DNA of 64,000 bases from Planctomycetota bacterium (lineage in GTDB: Bacteria; Planctomycetota; UBA8742; UBA2392). The DNA lies in the NCBI GenBank assembly GCA_022071975.1, contig JAJVIO010000035.1, positions 15,162-79,161 of the forward strand. The letters are read 5' to 3'. This document shows positions 38,422 to 46,910 of this stretch, piece by piece. Position 1 is the stretch's first letter. Each line of letters begins with the position of its first letter. The translations under genes were made by a program, and so were the position numbers. The notes under the pieces were generated by a model, which was not told the origin of the DNA, made no database searches, and saw nothing but the letters and a program-made list of their open reading frames with translations.

Positions 38422-39315
38422 TCACTGGATGTTGGCTTCTTCCGATTCGCTGGCCTTGAGGCGCTGGCTGGCGCTGCGCAGGAAGCGATGTTCTTCGGGG
38501 TCCAGCGCGTTCAGGCCCTGGGCGCCGATCTTGTCCAGCAGCCGGTCCATGCGCGCCTCGATTTCTTCGCGCGTCAGCAGGTCGATCTCTTCTACAAAGT
38601 ACAGGTTGCCGACCTTGCCCTCGCCCTTCAGGCGCACTTCGCGCATCTGCAGCTTCCAGTTCACGACGAAGCCCACCACCGCGAACACCGGGCCCACCCC
38701 CACCGCCGCCAGCAGGCCATCGTAGGACGCATGCGGCAGGAAACCGGCCGTCATCGCCGCCAGCACGACCGAGGCCATCAGCAACAGCATGCGCAGGTCG
38801 TTCTCGGCTTCCACGCGGGACTCCCGACGCTCGAGCTGCACCAGCAGCGAGGTCACGATCAAGAAGGTCGCGAAAGCCAGGGTGCTGAAGGCGAACTTGC
38901 CGGGCAGCGCGGACGCCACGGCGCCGTGCCCCAGCGTGCAGAGCGCAAACGCGAGGAATGTGCGGCGCGTGCCGTAATGGCCTTCCACCACGGGGCCGCA
39001 GGTCATCAAACTGAGCGCGCACACAAAGAACAGCGTCAGGCTGGCCAGGAAATCCAGGCCCTGGAAGCCAGCACCGGTGGTCAGGTTGCCGGCAATCGGC
39101 GCATAGTGCGTCAGCGGAAACAGCAGCCCGCCAACCTGGAAATCATGCAGGTTCAAGGCCAGCCAGCTACCGAACGGGACGCCCGAAATCTCCCCCACCA
39201 TCACCATGACCTGCGCGAACACGATCACGGCGCCCAGCGACAGCGACAACGGATGCGCTGTCAGGCGCTCAACGATCTGCTCGCGTTTCAGGACGGATGA
39301 CACCAGGCGGGACAT
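38422..39315 (-). CDS. Rhomboid-like membrane protein with DUF6576-like C-terminus (probably inactive)
   Basis: About 6 TM helices, GPVVEGHYGTRR (rhomboid G..LE..G..R pattern), tail MDRLLDKIGAQGLNALDPEE. Confidence 0.7.
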   Translation of the reverse strand: MSRLVSSVLKREQIVERLTAHPLSLSLGAVIVFAQVMVMVGEISGVPFGSWLALNLHDFQVGGLLFPLTHYAPIAGNLTTGAGFQGLDFLASLTLFFVCALSLMTCGPVVEGHYGTRRTFLAFALCTLGHGAVASALPGKFAFSTLAFATFLIVTSLLVQLERRESRVEAENDLRMLLLMASVVLAAMTAGFLPHASYDGLLAAVGVGPVFAVVGFVVNWKLQMREVRLKGEGKVGNLYFVEEIDLLTREEIEARMDRLLDKIGAQGLNALDPEEHRFLRSASQRLKASESEEANIQ

Positions 39316-39445
39316 GCAAACACCCTCAGCTCCGATTCGGCCTCGCCCCTGATTGTATCCGGCCGAGAAGCCTTCAACAACGTCACATCATTGGCAGAGG
39401 CGGAAATGACGGGTACATTACGCGGGCCAGTGTCAGGAAAGACGT

Positions 39446-39522
39446 CGGGGCGTAGCTCAGCCTGGTAGAGCGCCACGTTTGGGACGTGGAAGCCGCTGGT
39501 TCAAATCCAGTCGCCCCGACCA
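39446..39522 (+). tRNA. tRNA-Pro(UGG)
   Basis: 77-nt cloverleaf CGGGGCG...CGCCCCGACCA; anticodon arm CCACG-TTTGGGA-CGTGG. Confidence 0.96.
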
Positions 39523-39559
39523 TGCAAATGGGACCCGCAAGGGTCCCATTTGCATGGTC
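39518..39559. terminator. Perfect 19-bp inverted repeat overlapping the tRNA CCA end
   Basis: GACCATGCAAATGGGACCC-GCAA-GGGTCCCATTTGCATGGTC, between convergent genes. Confidence 0.75.
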
Positions 39560-40485
39560 TAGAACAGTGTGATCACGCCCACCCGCACCAGCGCGCCAAG
39601 CATGATGGCCGCGCCGGCTACGGCCACCAGCAGCGTACCCAGCATCCGGCGGCCGTCCTTGCCGGGCAAAAACGCGCGCCTTGCCGCGCTGCCGATCCCG
39701 AACAGCAGCATGCACAACCCGGCCGTGAAGGTCAGCCATGCAGGCAGCTCAGCAATGCCTTCGGGCGTGTTGCCTTCATCAAGCGGAACGTAACCGGGTG
39801 CCGGCGCGACTTTGGGCGGCGTGCTGGCGGGCTGGGGCTCCGGTCTGGGCGGGTTTACGTTCCACTCGAAACTCAGTTTGGGGAAGGGCAGGCCGTCCTG
39901 GTGGTAGCTGACTTCCGTCAAGCGCCGGCGCGGCTGTTCGCGGGTGTCGAAGGCGATCATCTGCTGCTCCGGCGTGTGCACTACGCTCTGCTGGCCGCTG
40001 AAGATGTACTCCAGGCGATGCGGCCCCGGCGCCAACGGTTGTTTGGGTTCCCACCAGAACACAAATCGATAGTGAATGCGCACGGTGTCGATGGCCACGC
40101 CGTTGGCTAAATCTAACGGCGCGTCGGGCTTATCCAGGTCAGCGAACAGGAAACGTTGAAAGTCGGGCTCAAAGCTGACGTCCTGCCCATCCACCTTGAA
40201 GGTGACGGCAAAGATCAGCCGGTCAATCAACAGGTTATAGCGCTGTTTCAACTCGGCGCTGGTGACCATGCCGTCGCCGTTGTTGTCGAGCCCCTGGCCG
40301 GTGATGCCGCCGCTGATCTCGGTGTAGCTGGCCAGCACGCTGACGTAGCGAAAATCCAGCACGTACTCCAGACGCTGGTCGGAAACGATCACTACCTCGC
40401 TGGCCAGCTGCGCGTTGTCATCCAAAGGATGCGCGGCCGCAAGCGGGGCCAAAAGAAGCGCAAGGATGAGTGCAATCAGCCGCAT
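39559..40485 (-). CDS. Exported/membrane protein with N-terminal His and an EF-hand-like loop
   Basis: Signal AAA-HPLD, DNNGDGMVT, two C-terminal TM helices; resembles metal-uptake accessory proteins (weak). Confidence 0.6.
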   Translation of the reverse strand: MRLIALILALLLAPLAAAHPLDDNAQLASEVVIVSDQRLEYVLDFRYVSVLASYTEISGGITGQGLDNNGDGMVTSAELKQRYNLLIDRLIFAVTFKVDGQDVSFEPDFQRFLFADLDKPDAPLDLANGVAIDTVRIHYRFVFWWEPKQPLAPGPHRLEYIFSGQQSVVHTPEQQMIAFDTREQPRRRLTEVSYHQDGLPFPKLSFEWNVNPPRPEPQPASTPPKVAPAPGYVPLDEGNTPEGIAELPAWLTFTAGLCMLLFGIGSAARRAFLPGKDGRRMLGTLLVAVAGAAIMLGALVRVGVITLF

Positions 40486-40570
40486 GGAGGCAGCATACAG
40501 GCGCCAGTCGGCAGGCGGCAGGCCGTATGACCCCTACAACCTACAACCTGAAACCTATAACCTGTGCTCC

Positions 40571-41548
40571 ATGAGTGACCTCGACCTTCCCATCCGGCCG
40601 CGCCGCAACCGCCGCAGTGAGGCGATCCGCGGCCTGGTGCGCGAAACGCGCCTTTCGCCCCAGCAGCTGATCTACCCGCTGTTCCTGCATGAGGACAAGG
40701 GCGACACCCCGCTGGAATCGCTGCCCGGCCAGACGCGCTGGGGGCTCGACGGCCTGGTGCGCGAGGTCGAGCGCGCCCACAAGCTGGGCATCAACGCCGT
40801 GGTGCTGTTCCCCAAGGTGCCCGAAACGAAGAAAAACCCCAGCGGCGACGAAAGCTGGAACGACAAGGGCCTGATTCCCCGCGCCATCCGCGCCATCAAG
40901 GAAAGCGTGCCCGGCGTGGCCGTGATCACCGACGTGGCCCTCGACCCCTACAACAGCGACGGCCACGACGGCATCGTGCGCGGTGGCGTGATCGTCAACG
41001 ACGAAACCGTCGACGTGCTGTGCAAACAGGCCCTCTGCCAGGCCCGCGCCGGCGCCGACATCGTGGCGCCTTCCGACATGATGGACGGCCGCGTGGGAGC
41101 CATCCGCGCGGCGCTTGATGCCGAGGGTTTCAGCGACGTCGCGATCCTTGCCTACACGGCCAAGTATGCCAGCGCCTACTACGGGCCGTTCCGCGGCGCG
41201 CTGGATTCCGCGCCCAAGGCCGGCGACAAGAAAACCTACCAGATGGACCCGGCCAACGCCCGCGAGGCCCTGCGCGAGGCCGCGCTGGATGAAGACGAAG
41301 GCGCGGACATGCTGATGGTGAAGCCGGCCGGGCCGTATCTGGATGTGATCGCAGCCCTGCGCGATTTCAGCCCCCTGCCGATCGCGGCCTACCAGGTCAG
41401 CGGCGAATACCTGATGATCAAGGCCGCGGCGCAGAGCGGCTGGCTGAACGAGCGAGCGGTGGTGCTGGAGAGCCTGACCGGCATCGCACGCGCGGGCGCG
41501 GACATGATCCTGACCTATTTCGCGGCCCAGGCGGCCGAGTGGCTGTGA
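40571..41548 (+). CDS. hemB: Porphobilinogen synthase (Asp-rich, Zn-independent type)
   Basis: [37 protein letters not shown] and AYQVSGEY motifs. Confidence 0.97.
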   Translation: MSDLDLPIRPRRNRRSEAIRGLVRETRLSPQQLIYPLFLHEDKGDTPLESLPGQTRWGLDGLVREVERAHKLGINAVVLFPKVPETKKNPSGDESWNDKGLIPRAIRAIKESVPGVAVITDVALDPYNSDGHDGIVRGGVIVNDETVDVLCKQALCQARAGADIVAPSDMMDGRVGAIRAALDAEGFSDVAILAYTAKYASAYYGPFRGALDSAPKAGDKKTYQMDPANAREALREAALDEDEGADMLMVKPAGPYLDVIAALRDFSPLPIAAYQVSGEYLMIKAAAQSGWLNERAVVLESLTGIARAGADMILTYFAAQAAEWL

Positions 41549-41925
41549 TGGACTTCAAGCTTGACGAGTCAAGATCACCGCTGCAGCGAGCCTGGGAGGC
41601 GCGCAAGCTGCCGCTGCTGGCGCCGATCTGGTTCTACAAGCGGGCAATCAGCCCGTTGCTGCCGCCGGCCTGCCGCCACTACCCCACCTGCAGCGAATAC
41701 GCCTTCACGGCGATCCGCCAGAAAGGCGTGCTGAAGGGCAGCGTGATGGCCACCTGGCGCGTGCTGCGCTGCAACCCCTGGGGCACGTCAGGTTACGACC
41801 CGGTGGAGGCCTTCCGCTGGCCGTGGCAATCAGAGGTCAGAGACCAGAGTTCAGAGGGCAGGGAAACGCCCGAACACACCGAAGAGGCGCCCCTGGCTTC
41901 GACGACATCACCCAACGGAAGCTGA
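41548..41925 (+). CDS. yidD: Membrane protein insertion efficiency factor
   Basis: [17 protein letters not shown] and [12 protein letters not shown] motifs. Confidence 0.93.
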   Translation: MDFKLDESRSPLQRAWEARKLPLLAPIWFYKRAISPLLPPACRHYPTCSEYAFTAIRQKGVLKGSVMATWRVLRCNPWGTSGYDPVEAFRWPWQSEVRDQSSEGRETPEHTEEAPLASTTSPNGS

Positions 41926-41931
41926 TCAGGT

Positions 41932-44900
41932 TCAGTCATCCGCAGCCAGCCGGTCGCGCAGGGCGTGCATGCGATCCAGCAGCGCGCGGTCTTCAACGTC
42001 TTCTTCGGGCTTTGATGCCGCCAGGCGGTCCAGCACCTCGCGCGCTTCGCTGCGTTCACCCAACGCGGCGAGACATTCCGCCATGGCCAGGCGAGCGCCT
42101 CGCGCGCGGCCGGCGCCCATCTGGTCCAGTACCTCGATCGCGCCTCGCAGGCGCGTGACCGCCTCATGCATCAGCCCGCTGTCGCCGCTCCTGATCGCGC
42201 GCTCGGCCTGGGCCGCGCCCAGGTCGCCGGAGCGCTCGGCCACCATGTAGCGATCCCCCACCTGCTCGGCCAGTGCGATCACCTTTTTCAGGCCTTCCTC
42301 GAATTCCTGCTGCTGTCCCATCTCGCGCTTGACCAGCATCAGCTGCGTCAAGTGCGTCGCCTGCCCGCGCAGGTTGCCGGTCTCGGCGTCGATCTCCAGC
42401 GCCTGCTGCGCCAGTTCCTGCGCCTTCTCGAAATCCTTGCGTTTGCCGGCCACTTCGGCCAGCGCGCCGAGCGCGCCGGCCGTCACCTCGCGCAGGCCGT
42501 TCTCGCGCCCGATGTTCAGCGCGCGGGTCAGCTTGCGCTCGGCCTCGTCGTATTCGCCGCGCAGCTCATGGATGCCGCCGATGTTCACCAGCCAGTAGGC
42601 TTCGGCAAGCTGGTGCTCCTGGGCCTGCATCAGCTCAAGCGCGCGGTTGAAGTAGCCCAGCGCGGTCTCGGGCTCGCCCTTCATGTTGTAGACCACGCCG
42701 ATGTTGCCGGTGACCTGCCCGGCGAGCACCGGGTCGCCCAGGTCTTCCGCCACCCGCAGGGCTTCCAGGTAGTACTCGAGGCCGCGGTTCATGTCGCCGG
42801 TCATCAGCGAGGCGTTGCCCAGGCCCGCGCAGATGCGCCCGCGCTGCAGGGGCGCCAGGTCGCCGCGTTTCTGCAGCTCGAGCAGCAGCTCTTTCCTCAC
42901 TTTGCCGTTGCCGCGGTTCTGGTAGGTCTGCCCCAGCGCGAGGATCGCCTCGATGTACAGCGATGACTCCTTCGGCACATTGGCGAGGATCCTCTCCGCG
43001 CCCGCGGGGTCCGTGTGCACCAGCGCCATGGCGTGGGCGATGTGCAGGCGCTGCTTGAGCTCACCTTCGGGGCAGTGGTCGGCGGCGTTCTTCAACAGCT
43101 CGCGCGCGGCCTTGGGCGAGCCCATGCGCTGCAGCATCGGCCCGGCGATCAGCGCCGCGTGGCAGGCGTGCTCGTCGCGGCCGCGGGCGATTTCGGCCAG
43201 GGCTTCCAGCTCGAGCTGCAGGCGCAGACGGGACTCGTCGGTGCCGGTTCGCTTGTGCCAGTCGCGGGCGTAGTCGGTCAGCGCCTTGCGCCAGCGCGCC
43301 TCAGTTGCTTCCGCGCGCCCCCGCTCGTGCAGTTGCTCAAGGGCGAAGGCGCGCACGGACTCGAACATGTTGAAGCGCCGCTCGCCGCCCAGGCGGGCCA
43401 GCTCGGTGCTGTCCAGCAGGCTCTTGTCGTGCAGGCTTTCCACCACGTCCATCACCATCGGCGCGTCGGGCAACGCTGCCAGGTCCACCACCTGCTCGGC
43501 CAGCTCGAGGAAAAACCCGCCCCGGCACACTGCCAGCTGCGCGAGGGTTTCGCGCTCGGGCTCATCCAGCAGTTCCCAGCTCCATTCCAGGGCGCCGCGC
43601 AGGGTGGACTGGCGGGCGTTGGTGCCGCGCTGGTCGCGCAGCAGGGCGAAGCGCTGGTTCAGGCGCTCGACCATCTTCTGGGGCGAGAGCACCTTGGCGC
43701 GCGCGGCCGCCAGCTCGATCGCGAGCGGAATCCCGTCCAGCCGCACGCACAGCTGGCCGACGGCGTCGGCGTTTTCCTTCGTGAGTTCAAAACGCGGGTC
43801 GCGCTCGCGGGCGCGCGCCACGAACAGCTCTACGCTGGGCATCTTGGCCAGGGCGCGCAGGGTGGGCTCGTCCACCGGCTCGATGCGCGCGGTCTTTTTG
43901 CGCACGGGCACACGCAAGGGTCGCAGGGCGACGGCCCGCTCGCCGGGCAGCCCCAGCGCCCCGCGGCTGGTGGCCAGCACCACCACCCCCGGCGCCAGCG
44001 CGCGCCACTGCGCGACCAGCTCGTTCACGGCCAGCCGGCACTGGTCGGCGTTGTCCAGGATCAGCAGCAGGCGCCCGCCGCGCGTGCGGGTGCGGCCCTG
44101 CAGCGCCAGCCCCACGCGCTCAGCGCCGTCGGCACTTGACAGGTCAACGCCCAACGCGGCGCCCACCTGCTTGCAGACGCCCTCGGCGTCTTCCACTTCG
44201 CCCAGGTCCGCCAGCCAGGCGCCGGCCGGGTAGGCGCCCAGGGCCAGGCTGGCGGCGCCCAACGCCACGCGCGTCTTGCCGATGCCGGCCATGCCGGTCA
44301 CCGTCACCACCCCGGTGTCGGCATCGGTCAGCAGCTCCAGCAACTCAGAGACTTCCTGCTCACGCCCGACCAGGCTGGTGGCGTGTGCGGGCAGGTTGGT
44401 TTCCGGCGCGCCGTGCGCCGACTGCAGCGGCGCGCGCTCGCCCTCAAACGCAACCGGGCGAAACACCACCAGCGCCTCGTCGTCGTTCTGGGCGGCGCCC
44501 TCGCGGAACGCGTCCACGCTGGTCAGCAGCCGCTGCAGCACCGCGTCGGCGGCGGTGTCCTGCAGGCCCGCCAGCGCCTCGTGCATGCGGGCGTTGGTCC
44601 ACATCTCGCGGCGCGGGTTCTCGGCCTCGGTCAGTCCGTCGGTGTAAATCACCACCACGTCGCCGCTGCCCAGCGTCAGGTTGTGCTCGTCCAGCCGCTC
44701 TGCCAGCGCGGTTGAGGGCATCACGCCCAGCACCGTGCCGGCCGGGGCGTGCAGCTCGGGCTTCGGCGCGCCCGCGCGCACGACCAGCAGCGGGTTGTGT
44801 CCGGCGCGCGCGAAGGTGAACGCGTTGTCGCGGATGTCCAGCACGCCATAGAACACGCTGACGAACATGCCGCGCGGGATTTCGCGCGCCAGGCTCTCGT

Positions 44901-45192
44901 TGGCCGCCAGCAGCGCCTCGCGCGGGCTCAGGCAGCCGCGCCCGCACAGCTGCAGGGTCTTCTTGGCGGCCGCCATCACCAGCGCCGCCGCAGTCCCGTG
45001 GCCGGAAACGTCGGCCATCACGAAGCCCAGCCGCCACTGGTCCACGGTGACGAAATCGTAGAAATCGCCGCCCACGTGCTCGCAGGCGCGGTAGCTCGCG
45101 GCGATCTCCAGCCCCGGCACGCTGGGTGCGGGCGGAAGCATTGCGGCCTGCACGCTGCGGGCGCGTTCGAGTTCTTTGCCGTGGTTGGCCAA
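41932..45192 (-). CDS. PP2C/SpoIIE phosphatase - STAND (NB-ARC-like) ATPase - TPR fusion
   Basis: VGGDFYD, ADVSGHG, YTDGLTE and DD (PP2C); NLP...LVGRE, GMAGIGKT, LILDN and LDGIPLAIELAA (STAND); C-terminal TPRs. Start codon uncertain. Confidence 0.9.
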   Translation of the reverse strand: MANHGKELERARSVQAAMLPPAPSVPGLEIAASYRACEHVGGDFYDFVTVDQWRLGFVMADVSGHGTAAALVMAAAKKTLQLCGRGCLSPREALLAANESLAREIPRGMFVSVFYGVLDIRDNAFTFARAGHNPLLVVRAGAPKPELHAPAGTVLGVMPSTALAERLDEHNLTLGSGDVVVIYTDGLTEAENPRREMWTNARMHEALAGLQDTAADAVLQRLLTSVDAFREGAAQNDDEALVVFRPVAFEGERAPLQSAHGAPETNLPAHATSLVGREQEVSELLELLTDADTGVVTVTGMAGIGKTRVALGAASLALGAYPAGAWLADLGEVEDAEGVCKQVGAALGVDLSSADGAERVGLALQGRTRTRGGRLLLILDNADQCRLAVNELVAQWRALAPGVVVLATSRGALGLPGERAVALRPLRVPVRKKTARIEPVDEPTLRALAKMPSVELFVARARERDPRFELTKENADAVGQLCVRLDGIPLAIELAAARAKVLSPQKMVERLNQRFALLRDQRGTNARQSTLRGALEWSWELLDEPERETLAQLAVCRGGFFLELAEQVVDLAALPDAPMVMDVVESLHDKSLLDSTELARLGGERRFNMFESVRAFALEQLHERGRAEATEARWRKALTDYARDWHKRTGTDESRLRLQLELEALAEIARGRDEHACHAALIAGPMLQRMGSPKAARELLKNAADHCPEGELKQRLHIAHAMALVHTDPAGAERILANVPKESSLYIEAILALGQTYQNRGNGKVRKELLLELQKRGDLAPLQRGRICAGLGNASLMTGDMNRGLEYYLEALRVAEDLGDPVLAGQVTGNIGVVYNMKGEPETALGYFNRALELMQAQEHQLAEAYWLVNIGGIHELRGEYDEAERKLTRALNIGRENGLREVTAGALGALAEVAGKRKDFEKAQELAQQALEIDAETGNLRGQATHLTQLMLVKREMGQQQEFEEGLKKVIALAEQVGDRYMVAERSGDLGAAQAERAIRSGDSGLMHEAVTRLRGAIEVLDQMGAGRARGARLAMAECLAALGERSEAREVLDRLAASKPEEDVEDRALLDRMHALRDRLAADD

Positions 45193-45353
45193 GCGGGTCT
45201 CCGGGTGCAGCTTAGCAGCCTGTGACTACATGCAAACTCCCGCGAGCGTATTCCGCCGGCCGTGCACAGAAGAAACCCTGACCGAAACTTTTCCCGGCAT
45301 GCGGGGTTGGATGTTTCGAAGGGGCGGCATTCCAATTCGAGTGAGGAAACATC

Positions 45354-45740
45354 ATGAGATACGCATGGATACTGGGCCTGGTGCTGGCCGTGGTGGTGGG
45401 CGCCACAAGCCTTTCGGCCAAGGCGCCGCAGCGCGAACCCCAGCGTAAACAGGGCGAGAAGCAGGCCGGCAAGAAACACCACAAGCAAGCACGAAAGGGC
45501 AAGGCCGACCAGCGCGGTGAACAGAAGGCCCGCAAGGGCAAGCACAAGGGCAAAGCCGATAAGGGCAAAGCTCGCGCCCGCAACGGCAAGCACAAAGGCA
45601 AGGCCGGCAAAGACAAGGGCCGCGCAGGTAAGGGCAAAGGCCGCGCAGGTAAGGGCAAGCCGCAGGGCAGGGCCGGCAAACACAAGGGCAAGCGCGGCAA
45701 GGGCCATGGCAAGAATCACGGCCGTAAGGGCCGCCGCTAG
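45354..45740 (+). CDS. Small secreted Lys/Gly/His/Arg-rich low-complexity protein
   Basis: GAGGA RBS, clean signal peptide, GK-x-K repeats, 21-bp tandem unit near 45616-45657. Confidence 0.7.
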   Translation: MRYAWILGLVLAVVVGATSLSAKAPQREPQRKQGEKQAGKKHHKQARKGKADQRGEQKARKGKHKGKADKGKARARNGKHKGKAGKDKGRAGKGKGRAGKGKPQGRAGKHKGKRGKGHGKNHGRKGRR

Positions 45741-45799
45741 ATCGCTACCGCACGCAGCATGGGTAGCGCCTTTCGCACCGCGGCCTTGCGAACAGCAGG

Positions 45800-45872
45800 A
45801 ACCACGGGTGAACACAGGTAAACACGGAGTATCTGCGAATCTGTCCGTGTGCACTCGTGTTGACCCGTGGTT
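45800..45872. repeat. Inverted ACAC-periodic repeat
   Basis: AACCACGGGTGAACACAGGTAAACACGGA ... TCCGTGTGCACTCGTGTTGACCCGTGGTT. Confidence 0.65.
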
Positions 45873-45947
45873 TCATCTCCCCGGCCGTGCGAGGTGCTCT
45901 CAGTCAGGCTGCGTTTCAAACGATTCTGAAGACACCGTCCTCCGACG

Positions 45948-45981
45948 TGACAACGGGCGATCCTTGGATCGCCTGTTGTCA
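45948..45981. terminator. Hairpin at the 3' end of the radical SAM gene
   Basis: TGACAACGGGCGATCC-TT-GGATCGCCTGTTGTCA. Confidence 0.55.
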
Positions 45982-45982
45982 T

Positions 45983-46855
45983 TTACAGGCCGCGGGCCCA
46001 CTCCGGGCGCAGGGGGATTTCGCCGCTGAGGGCCGCGTCCAGCACCTGCACGATGCGTTCGCGGTCGCGGGGCAGGCGTCCGGCCAGCGGCAGGTAGTTG
46101 CTGGCGTGGTTGCTGCGGAAGATGGCGTCTGTCGGGCGGGCGAGGTCCACAAACGTGCGCAGCTCGCGCAGCAGGCCCATGATGTCGGGCAGCTCGAAGC
46201 GCCCAGTCTCCTCCAGCTTCGCGATCGGCGTGCCGGGCACCACGGTCAGCGTCAGGCACGACACAAAACGCGGGTCCATGGCGCTCGCCAGCCTGGCCGA
46301 TGCCTCCGTGTGCTCGGCACTGCGCTCAGTACCGCCGGCGCCCAGCAGGAAAATGGCCGACAGCTTGATGTCGGCCGCGTGGGCCTTCTGCGCAGCCGTT
46401 ACGTGCTCGGCGAAGTTCGCGCCCTTGGCGATGCGCTTGAGGGTGACGTCGTCACCGGATTCGGGCCCTATATATAGAAGAGACAGGCCCCACTCGCGCA
46501 GTTGCCTGAGCTCGGCCTCGCTCTTTTCGTTCAGGTTGCGGGCAGTGGCATAGGCGCTGACGCGGCGCAGGCGCGGGAACTGTTCGCGGCAGGCGCGCAA
46601 AATCGGCTCCCATTCATCCAGCGTCATCACCAGCGCGTCGCCGTCGGCCACGAACACCTTGTCGATCCGCTCGCCGTATGCGCTTGCCGCCATGGCGATG
46701 TCTTCCAGCGTCTCGGCCTGCGCGCGCACGCGGAACTTCTTGTCGCGGTACATGTCGCAGTAGGTGCAATGGTTCCAGCTGCAGCCGACGGTGGCCTGCA
46801 GGATGTAGCTGTTTGCCTCGCTGGGCGGGCGGTAGATGCTGCCTTCGTAGCGCAT
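45983..46855 (-). CDS. Radical SAM protein
   Basis: YRPPSEA, CSWNHCTYC (CxxxCxxC), YIGPESG and FRSNHASNY motifs. Confidence 0.92.
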   Translation of the reverse strand: MRYEGSIYRPPSEANSYILQATVGCSWNHCTYCDMYRDKKFRVRAQAETLEDIAMAASAYGERIDKVFVADGDALVMTLDEWEPILRACREQFPRLRRVSAYATARNLNEKSEAELRQLREWGLSLLYIGPESGDDVTLKRIAKGANFAEHVTAAQKAHAADIKLSAIFLLGAGGTERSAEHTEASARLASAMDPRFVSCLTLTVVPGTPIAKLEETGRFELPDIMGLLRELRTFVDLARPTDAIFRSNHASNYLPLAGRLPRDRERIVQVLDAALSGEIPLRPEWARGL

Positions 46856-46910
46856 GGCCGCATCATCCACTATGATGCGCGCCCCATGCAACCCTGAGAC
46901 GTTACGCGCC

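Noticed and set aside
45354-46855. Radical SAM plus small peptide as a RiPP cluster
   Set aside because: The genes are convergent, the peptide has a Sec-pathway signal peptide, and the enzyme lacks SPASM/RRE features; no transporter or protease is nearby.
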